From Nemertoderma westbladi (Eukaryota > Animalia > Xenacoelomorpha): DNA of 44,620 nt. This document shows positions 37,701 through 44,620 of this stretch, one piece after another; position 1 is the first letter of the stretch, and each line of letters starts with the position of its first letter. The DNA is taken from the NCBI GenBank assembly GCA_032718475.1, contig JAUCBJ010006269.1:1-44620 (forward strand). Direction: 5' to 3'. The translations under genes were made by a program, and so were the position numbers. The notes under the pieces were generated by a model, which saw only the letters and a program-made list of their open reading frames with translations, did no database searches and was not told the origin of the DNA.

Positions 37701-38411
37701 TTGCGTCGATTTTCAACTGGGGTGGGATAATTTTTGATTGCGTCGAATCCCCCCCCCCCCCCCCCCCCCCCCCCCCTTATCTTGATGGACCTTCATATTT
37801 TACCGTAAATAGCCTACAACAATACATAAATAATATATAAATCTAAGAAAGCACTACTCGGGAAGCATTAATTAGATATAGAAATAGAAATAAACACATA
37901 TATTAATTATTTATTAGTTTCATAAAAAAAGTATAATTTTTCATTATGTACCAGCGAGGTTAGCAAGCGAAAAAGAGGCATGTTTTATTATTAGTAAAAT
38001 AAAAAAAAATATGTTTGCACTATATGTATTATAAAAAAAATCAATTAAAATAAATTATGTAAGATGTAATTAAATGCGCTCTAAAATAGGAGTTACTCGT
38101 CATTTGCCAAAGGGACATAAAAAAATTACAAATAGGGTAGGCCTATATAATATTGATAAATTGGATCAAATGGTACGCACTGCATATATAAATAACACTA
38201 AGAAGTTAAGTATTGTTAAAAATTTTGAACAAAACGTATAAATTAAACTTTATTAATTGATGGCACAGGCAATGTAACATAACAAAATGGTCCACACGTC
38301 ACGGTAAATTCATAAATAATTCTTATTGTTTACCTTCCCTGAAGGACAAATAGCAAAAACATCTGTAAATGTTCCTCCTCTGTCGATTGCAAACTTAAAT
38401 TTACTCGCCAT
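13323..38411 (-). CDS. OPLAH: 5-oxoprolinase (ATP-hydrolysing), complete five-exon gene, 1295 aa: join(38334-38411, 36715-36843, 35394-35518, 17759-17886, 13323-16750)
   Basis: All four introns are GT-AG with matching phases (0, 0, 2, 1); exon lengths sum to 3888 nt. Family motifs [82 protein letters not shown]. Confidence 0.97.
17244..17536. repeat. 293-bp near-perfect palindrome (foldback/MITE-like) in OPLAH intron 4
   Basis: Arms TTCCAAAATTGTAACATT...AATGTCC and GGACATT...AATGTTACAATTTTGGAA, centred on 17390 with a loop of about 7 nt. Confidence 0.9.
17759..17886 (-). CDS. OPLAH: OPLAH exon 4
   Basis: Acceptor cctttatag|G; [26 protein letters not shown]...LVK; donor AAAG|gttgat. Confidence 0.92.
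18243..18333 (-). mobile_element. tRNA-derived SINE head or tRNA pseudogene
   Basis: Minus-strand A-box-like GTAGCTCAGTTG and B box GGTTCGAGCC; no clean cloverleaf. Confidence 0.5.
18481..18848 (-). mobile_element. Putative solo LTR
   Basis: Minus-strand order TG start, CCAAT boxes, TATAAAA (18726-18732), AATAAA (18532-18537). Flanked by TATG on both sides (18477-18480, 18849-18852), but the end would be TA rather than CA. Confidence 0.35.
19689..20321 (+). CDS. NAT8/camello-like membrane-bound GNAT N-acetyltransferase, intronless, nested antisense in OPLAH intron 3; possibly degenerate
   Basis: N-terminal IRK..D...VREI, central hydrophobic segment, [14 protein letters not shown], motif [13 protein letters not shown](R)KEL, motif [12 protein letters not shown]. 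Confidence 0.8.
   Translation: MSIPKSIEIRKIEAGDLPAVREIVYNCLMELTELYHKDIISRTTFYVPVFAAFLILLTCYSTLFAILVLIAAPILLYFWVKLVWHHFITTRFFDGKLNSWADVTFRYLEKGGTFTVAVRGGHVIGCVGLVVVNDVIGAAKLEVLSVDTRWRKSGIRKELLNQIIQEAESSGLRELFLTVSVCRVAAISIYRKTGWKEVASFQEPRNTWTC
21009..21063 (+). mobile_element. tRNA-derived SINE remnant
   Basis: A-box-like TAGCGTAGTGA and B box GGTTCGATTC. Confidence 0.4.
21288..21865 (+). repeat. 5' LTR (578 bp)
   Basis: TGTTAGCG...CGTCACA; about 10 substitutions plus one 54-bp indel relative to the 3' LTR. Confidence 0.97.
21938..30262 (+). pseudogene. BEL/Pao gag-pol polyprotein, disrupted
   Basis: Gag NPEDSVS and PFKFDG motifs and knuckle [14 protein letters not shown]; protease LVDSGA; [27 protein letters not shown]; RNase [26 protein letters not shown]; integrase GVDMFGP, SDNGTNF; C-terminal WRRWVEEYL. 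In-frame stops at 22010, 25192, 25402 and 29201 plus several frameshifts. Confidence 0.95.
23726..23905 (+). repeat. 60-bp coding tandem repeat in gag (three copies, [17 protein letters not shown])
   Basis: AATGAGGGCCTGGTAGGCCA recurs at 60-bp spacing. Confidence 0.85.
30405..30968 (+). repeat. Intergenic tandem array of 13 units plus a degenerate 14th, between pol and ORF2
   Basis: Core AGTAAGAGGGTACGTAGTACCG followed by TTAG-rich spacers; period 35-51 bp. Confidence 0.93.
31384..33983 (+). pseudogene. Retrotransposon ORF2: DEDDy 3'-5' exonuclease domain plus three CCHC zinc knuckles, disrupted
   Basis: ExoI-like VLDDEG (D at 31765, E at 31771), LLHLAT...IFLFDL, LP...LV.E....KVGSAIRDD (ExoII), LDMQ, W.ARP...Q..YILQED (ExoIII-like); three CX2CX4HX4C motifs at 33264-33434. 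Broken by TAG at 32074, a frameshift near 32400-32420 and TAG at 33684. Confidence 0.8.
34664..34677 (+). promoter_or_regulatory. Polypurine tract (plus-strand primer)
   Basis: G12-AG directly before the TG of the 3' LTR. Confidence 0.9.
34678..35309 (+). repeat. 3' LTR (632 bp)
   Basis: Direct repeat of 21288-21865 with 54 extra bases. Confidence 0.97.
35394..35518 (-). CDS. OPLAH: OPLAH exon 3
   Basis: Acceptor tttaacag|ATA; [20 protein letters not shown]...[12 protein letters not shown]; donor CAG|gttagt. Confidence 0.95.
35602..36319. mobile_element. Non-autonomous DNA transposon, Kolobok-like termini, in OPLAH intron 2
   Basis: Terminal inverted repeats GGGGTACACCATTTT / AAAATGGTGTACCCC, flanked by TTAA on the left and TAAA on the right; the left G run is expanded. 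Confidence 0.65.
36715..36843 (-). CDS. OPLAH: OPLAH exon 2
   Basis: Acceptor cgtaaag|GTG; [25 protein letters not shown]...PIGTSQ; donor CAG|gtaaca. Confidence 0.93.
37192..37259 (-). mobile_element. tRNA-derived SINE head
   Basis: Minus-strand A box TGGTGTAGTGG and B box GGTTCGATCC; related to 2285-2346. Confidence 0.55.
38334..38411 (-). CDS. OPLAH: OPLAH exon 1 (coding part)
   Basis: ATG at 38411; [26 protein letters not shown]; donor AAG|gtaaac. Confidence 0.95.
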
Positions 38412-38987
38412 TATTGTTAATTAATAGTTTTTATAAAGTGGTGCAAAGAAATGTCGTTTTAAACATATATATATCTGCCTATATATTATAAGAATGATAA
38501 ATACAAAAGCTGTTGATCGACTCATGTAAACCTCCCACTACAACATTAGGCCTACATACACATAACACAACCACAATTAATTATTATTGTCATATAAAAC
38601 CACCAGTTTCTGGGCAATTTCAATTTCAGCCAATAGAAATTGAGATGGAGAGGCTGTGAGGAGAGAGTAATGGGTAGCATTATAGTAGCAAGATAAGGGA
38701 GGGGAGTGTCGTAGGATGAGGGAGGGTGGAGGTTATAAAAAAATTAATTTTAAAAATAAATTTGAATTTTCTTTGTGGTAAATTAACCAAAACATCTGTT
38801 TGTACACACATGTACATCTGTTTGAGTGGATAGAAGTCAAAGTTCAATTCAACTCGTTCTATGGTTGATGTTTTCAGGCAGGCCTATTGATAAATCATTG
38901 TTTTTTTGTTGGAAAATATATTCACCTTTCCAGTTGCCGCTGTTAATGTGAAACTTTAAACGTTGTTTTGGAGGGTATGGAGTTCTT

Positions 38988-39124
38988 ATAGTTCTAATCA
39001 AAGCGTCAATAGTTCTAATCAAAGCGTCAATAGTTCTAATCAAAGCGTCAATAGTTCTAATCAAAGCGTCAATAGTTCTAATCAAAGCGTCAATAGTTCT
39101 AATCAAAGCGTCAATAGTTCTAAT
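38988..39124 (+). repeat. Perfect 21-bp tandem repeat ATAGTTCTAATCAAAGCGTCA, about 6.5 copies
   Basis: Identical units read directly from the sequence. Confidence 0.95.
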
Positions 39125-39663
39125 TGGGAAAGGCTTTAGTTACAATAGGGTTGGTGCGCGAAAAATGGTTGGGCTAGAAACAATTGAATAACTGAATACG
39201 GGGTAAAAAAGGAGTCCTGAATCGAGTAGCGGGGTGTGTTGTTTGTAAAAACACGAGGAAACGGTCGAAATGGCGGGTTTAATTTAACTAAGCGTGGGAA
39301 GCCAATTTTTAAAATCGGCTGTGATTGGATGCTACATATTTGACGTCATTACGCAGTGCTCTGATAATTTTTTATCTTGGTTTCTATGGAGAGAGATTTT
39401 CGATCGATTCAAATACACATTTAAATCTCAATCATTTGACACGTGGCTTATATCAATTGAAAGCGGAGAGTCTTGCGCGTCTTTTGATACAATACAATTA
39501 ATTAAATTCATAAAGGAGTACATTGATATAATGCTGTTTACAATTACAAACTCGGCAGATTCCCTGACCGGTATGTAAGCACTCAGCCTATTGCAGTATC
39601 TGAGTATGGCAGATTTACTTCATTAAGTAGGGTTTACCGGTGACAGGTGCGCATATTCCCTAC

Positions 39664-40094
39664 TCGACCCAGTGAACTGAGAGAAAGTCGCAAGTGGTCG
39701 GCTGGTCGGCTTATCATCATAGGTCTACAATAGACTATATGGAGGGTCGCTAAAAGTCGCAAAACTTTATATAGAGACTACAGGTGAAGCCGACTTTGCC
39801 GACCAATTCGACTCTTCCGACCACCCCTGTGCATGTATATGATATATCTAAACCGACCAGCCGACCACTTGCGACTTACCCTCAGTTCATTAGGTCGAAT
39901 AGTCGCCGTTATGCACGACCCAAGAGGTGGTCTGAAGAGTCGAATTGGTCGGCAAAGTCGGTTCCACCTATAGTTTCTATATAAAGCTTTTGAGACTTTT
40001 AGCGACCATCCATATAGTCTATTGTTGGCCTATGATGATATATGTACGCCGAACTGCCGACCACTTGCGACTTACCCTCAGTTCACTGGGTCGA
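39664..40094. mobile_element. Foldback/MITE-like element with inverted arms of about 165 bp
   Basis: 39664-39825 is an imperfect reverse complement of 39926-40094 (for example CCGACTTTGCCGACCAATTCGACTCTTC / GAAGAGTCGAATTGGTCGGCAAAGTCGG). Confidence 0.8.
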
Positions 40095-40324
40095 CTAGTC
40101 GCCTTTATACACTGCCCAAGAGGTGGTCGGATAGTCTCCTTTATAGCTGTATAACATATATAAAAATAATATAATTATCATATAAATAGTATTACTGAAC
40201 TGTAGATAAAGTACATTTAGTACTTTATTAAGAAATTATTAGGCCCTATTTAGCCGTACAATAAGCATTACACATCATATTGCCTAAAACGTGATGCGTT
40301 ATAGTTAATTAGACAAGAAGGCTT

Positions 40325-40549
40325 GCAAGTCTGCATCAATCACCTACATCGCCCTGGGTCTATAGCAATAGTGTTAACCGAAATTCCGTCCATCTTCAGG
40401 ATTTTATCTCTGGAAATGGATTGTTTTCGGCTGGAACCCAGTTCAAGAAGCGAACTGGAAAGCTATGGACTCATAGTGAACCCAGTGGTCACAAGTCCCA
40501 GATAGACCATTTCCTGTTCCGTAGGAACTACAGGAGCTCTATACAAGAT
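40325..40549 (+). mobile_element. Non-LTR retrotransposon (RTE-like) APE endonuclease fragment, C-terminal part
   Basis: Translates ASLHQ...NRNSVHLQDF...TQFKKRTGKLWTH...KSQIDHFL; its first 53 nt match 44568-44620. Confidence 0.85.
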
Positions 40550-40560
40550 TAAATAATTAA

Positions 40561-42521
40561 AAGTTCGCCTAAATTGGAACTAAATTCGCCAAAATTGGAA
40601 CTAAATTCGTTTCGATTGGAACTAAATTCGCATGAGGCGTAAATTGGAACTAAGTACGGGGAATCTATGAGTGTATTAATTGCTCATAATCGTATGATTA
40701 TTTTATTGTTAATAATATTTTAATTATTTAAATCACTGCGCCGATTCTTCTTACTATACTGTAGTATATTTTATTTTGTTACTTTCTTTTTGTAGAATTA
40801 AATTACTTAAAGTCCCGCCGGGATATACATACATACAGTGTCCCATAGAATGTTTAAAAAATAATGTTTAAAGTATTTAAAAAATGTTTAAGGTTAAAAT
40901 AATTTTAAAGTGTAGAAAGTAAATTTTAAAGGAAACTGTTAGCCAAAAGTGGATTTAAAATAAAGCAACGTCTCATTTCCATGGTAATAAATAGTAAATT
41001 ATTACTGTAGTAGGGTCTACAATTTATCTTAAATCATTCCTGAGTTTTGCGGTCGTAACGTAACGCTAGGTAAAGCCTTTTTTGAAGTAATTATTATGTC
41101 TAATTGATTTACCAATATATTTTCCAACTTTGTATCACATTCCCACATTATTTCCCAGTATGTCATTACACCACGTGTGATCCTGTACAGTGTCAGTCGT
41201 ACAGTAACGCTTTCAAATAACGTCCTATTGGATCCTAATAGGATCCTAATAGGAATCTAATAGGAAAAAAATAACCACCTAAATAACCACATAAGGAACC
41301 ATTAGTTCCAATTTACGCCTCATGCGAATTTAGTTCCAATGGAAACGAATTTAGTTCTAATTTTGGCGAATTTAGTTCCAATTTAGGCGAACTTAGTTCC
41401 AATAACTAGAGAAAAACGAAAACGAATTTAGTTCCAATGCAAGCGAATTTAGTTCCAATGGATGCGAATTTAGTTCCAATGGATGCGAACTTAGTTCCAA
41501 TGTTTCAGGTGTGGGGCGAGCCACGTAGTTTGGCGAAGAATCTGTTTAATGCCACTATTAGGTGGATGGTTAAATAATAATTGTAAATAACTAACCCAAA
41601 ACGCCCAACCTCCTAACCAAAACAATCTTATCCCAAACAACGCCCAACCTCTTAACCCAAACAATTCAATTAAATTCATTTATATTTAATCATTTAAAAT
41701 GATATTCATTGTAAAAAACAACGCCCAAGCTCTTAACCTAAACTTCGCCCAACCTCCTAACCCAAACAACGCCCATCCACCTAAACCGAAACAACTGGTA
41801 AATATTGTATTTGGTGTGGAAATGGCACAATGTGCATGACGTGAGTATATTATAATATTACAGACTCAGTCAGTCTGTATCAGTATACTCGTGATTAATA
41901 TATATTTACAATTATTGTTGACCCTGACCCACCCCAAATAGTGGCAATACGCAATAGGCTTCGCCTACTACGTGGCTATCCCTACGATTGAAACATTGGA
42001 ACTAAGTTCGTACCCATTGGAACTAAATTCGCTTCCATTGTAACTAAAATTCGCTTCCATTGGAACTAAATTCGCATCCATTGGAACTAAGTTCGTACCC
42101 ATTGGAACTAAATTCGCTTCCATTGGAACTAAATTCGCTTCCATTGGAACTAAATTCGCATACATTGGAACTAAATTCGCATCCATTGGAACTAAATTCG
42201 CATGCATTGGAACTAAATTCGCATCCATTGGAACTAAATTCGCATGCATTGGAACTAAATTCACATCCATTGGAACTAAATTCGCATGCATTGGAACTAA
42301 ATTCGCTTCCATTGGAACTAAATTCGCTTGCATTGGAACTAAATTCGCATCCATTGGAACTAAATTCGCATCCATTGGAACTAAATTCGAATCCATTGGA
42401 ACTAAGTTCGTTTTGATATTCTGGGATTGGAACTAAGTTCGCCTCGATTGGAACTAAGTTCGCTTTTGTAAAATATATTTTGGAACTAAATTCGTTTCAA
42501 TTGGAACTAAGTTCGTGCTAC
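40561..42521. repeat. Complex of 21-bp TTGGAACTAAATTCGCATCCA units in alternating orientation
   Basis: Forward blocks at 40561-40653 and about 41995-42515; reverse block at 41302-41501. Confidence 0.9.
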
Positions 42522-42830
42522 CAAGCGAACTTTTTTTTTCGATTTTTTTAGCGATTTTTTCCTAAAATTCCACCATCGAGAAGACATCAATTCTATATCT
42601 AGGTACGATTGGCAGCGTGCACGCGTTGGATAGTGACTAGTGACATATTGATAAATAATGTGTGACTTTGATTGTGATATAATTTTGAAAATATATTGGT
42701 AAATAAATAATTGTAATACAGTAATAAATTACAGTACTATTAGATATCAAGGAAGTTCCAGGCGGAAAGCGAATTCTGAGTAAGAATAGTAGCGCAAGTG
42801 CAACAGGCAAAATCATCGTATTAAATTGAA

Positions 42831-42869
42831 CCAGACGTTTCGATATATTACTTATATCATTTTCAATGG
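42831..42869 (-). ncRNA. Candidate minimal type I hammerhead ribozyme motif (Penelope-like variant)
   Basis: Minus strand CCA-TTGAAAA-T-GATATA-AGTAA-TATATC-GAAA-CGTC-TGG. Confidence 0.5.
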
Positions 42870-42876
42870 AATATGT

Positions 42877-43580
42877 TGAGAGTAAAAACCGTCTATATCC
42901 AAATCCTAAAAAAATTGAGATTAAGTTATGAATGGATAGCTGAATGTTTCACGTATCTACTGGACAGACTAAAATAGTACATTGGGTTTTTAGAAGGTAT
43001 TATATTTGCCACCAACAAAATGCAAAAATCTTCGAACATAGCACTGAATTTAAAAACCGTCTATATCCAAACACGAAATCCAGTAATGGATATAATATAC
43101 GGTTTTAAAAATTGGAATCCATTAGGCTGCCAGGTACCGGTATACTAAACGAAAATAAACTTTCAGTTTCCGCTTTTAGACTCAACTGCAACTACAATCG
43201 GTACCGGTACCAGATGTGCCTCTCATTAGTTTAACAGTTTAATCAAAAGTCATTCTAAATAATGTCCATGGAATACAGATAAACTTAAAAAGTATTCAGT
43301 TTACTAGTGGTATCTAAATATGTAAGAATGAATAGGCCTACTGTACCGGTAGAGGAAAAATCTGCATGTATTGTAGGCCTATTTATGTCTTTCAGTTGCT
43401 GACAGACTGGCAGACTGAATGCTTTGTAGATAACCGGATGGATATAGACGGTTTAAAAATTATTTTTTAAATCGTCTATATCCATCTGGATCTAGACGGT
43501 TTTAAAATTGGAGTAGCGCTCACTTAATAGGCATATATCTCAGAATGGCTGAAACTGGATATAGACGGTTTTTACTCTCA
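42877..43580. mobile_element. MITE/non-autonomous DNA transposon with perfect 25-bp terminal inverted repeats
   Basis: TGAGAGTAAAAACCGTCTATATCCA / TGGATATAGACGGTTTTTACTCTCA, with internal copies of the same motif; no target-site duplication seen. Confidence 0.8.
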
Positions 43581-43884
43581 GCCCACGGCAAAACAAAATA
43601 CAAATTATTCTAAATACTAAAGTACACTAGGCCGGTACACGGTATAACAAGTAAATTTCTATTATTTTAAATCCAATTTTAAATTATTTTGCTAACATTT
43701 TCCTTTAAACATTACTTTACACTTTAAACATTATTAAACATATATATTCTGGTGGGACTTAAATAATTAATTTAAGTTTAAGCATTATTAATAAGTAATT
43801 TAATTCAAGAAAATCAAAAAACAAAATAAAATATTCTTTCGTAAGAAACTGCGCAGTGATTCAAATAATTTAAATATTATTAAT

Positions 43885-44620
43885 CGGCCAAATCAATCGG
43901 CATCACAGGCGTCAGTTATCTCCTGACCGGCTGCCTGTCTCACCCCCTACTGGAGAGAGAGCGGCAAACAATTCTTTGAGTCCCTTTCCTGATGACCTTT
44001 CTGGCCCAAACCCTGGGTCACCAGGGAGGCCAGATTGTGAGGGGGAGAGGGATTCTGGAGCTGGAGGCTGCTCTCATGTTCCACCCCGACCAACGAAGCC
44101 ATTGGTGAATCTGAGGCAAGTCACTAGACTAGCCTCAGTAAACACCCTAACACTCGGGTCCCCAATGCGACAAGGTGAGCTGACTGCCTTAGCAGATAAG
44201 CTTTCTCTTAGTGCAGTGGGTGTTCAAGAGCACCGAATGCAGACTGGACAGACTGATGAGGTTCTGATTAATGACATGGGTGGCGGTTGGCGACTCGCTC
44301 TCGCTTCAGCAGATGATAGTGGCAATTTAATTTATTTAATTTAATTTAATTGGACAAAATAGACCAAATCTCTAACCGCATCATCCGTTGCCACTTCTCA
44401 TGTTCTGGAAGACTGGCTAAGAAGTTTCCTAAGGTGGTTCTGATTGTGTGCTACTCTCCAACTAGTGTTGCCCCTGTAGAGGAGGTGGGAAATTTCTACC
44501 AGAATCTACAAGCAGCTACTGATGGAGTGGATCAGCATGCATTCTAACATTCCTGGGAGACTTTAATGCAAGTCTGCATCAATCACCTACATCGCCCTGG
44601 GTTTATAGCAATAGGGTTAA
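43885..44620 (+). mobile_element. 5' end of an RTE-like LINE (5' UTR and APE endonuclease), disrupted; runs off the window
   Basis: RLASVNTLTL, VGVQEHR, ISNRII, IVCYSPT, FYQNL, LGDFNA motifs. Confidence 0.88.

Noticed and set aside
41968-42416. Heptad-repeat proteins (MDANLVP)n and (LELNSHP)n; also 38849-39106
   Set aside because: Translations of 21-bp DNA repeats; the 42-kb array is open on both strands and there is no gene context.
43885-43970. HDV-like ribozyme in the LINE 5' UTR
   Set aside because: Nested hairpins exist (ACAGGC/GCCTGT, GTCAG/CTGAC), but I could not build the double pseudoknot; a descriptor search would settle it.

Overview
Eukaryotic (animal-like) genomic DNA with AT-rich introns and many repeats. 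It carries a complete five-exon 5-oxoprolinase gene (OPLAH, minus strand, 13323-38411, 1295 aa when spliced) and two exons of a secreted C16orf89/UPF0764-like gene (minus strand, 171-1942). OPLAH intron 3 (17.5 kb) hosts an antisense, intronless NAT8/camello-like acetyltransferase and a full-length 14.0-kb BEL/Pao LTR retrotransposon (21288-35309; LTRs about 98% identical, 5-bp AAAAT target-site duplication). The most notable feature is that this element has a second ORF of about 865 codons where env would sit. It encodes a DEDDy (WRN/EXD2/MUT-7/RNase D-like) 3'-5' exonuclease fused to three CCHC zinc knuckles. It is preceded by a graded array of hairpin-containing, UAG-rich repeats and a candidate splice site, and the element has no canonical tRNA primer-binding site. 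The rest of the window holds a 6.7-kb array of a 71-bp satellite, three 21-bp arrays, a decayed Ty3/gypsy fragment, LINE endonuclease fragments, several foldback/MITE-like elements, tRNA-derived SINE remnants and a candidate minimal hammerhead ribozyme. All family calls come from motif recognition by eye; no database search was run.
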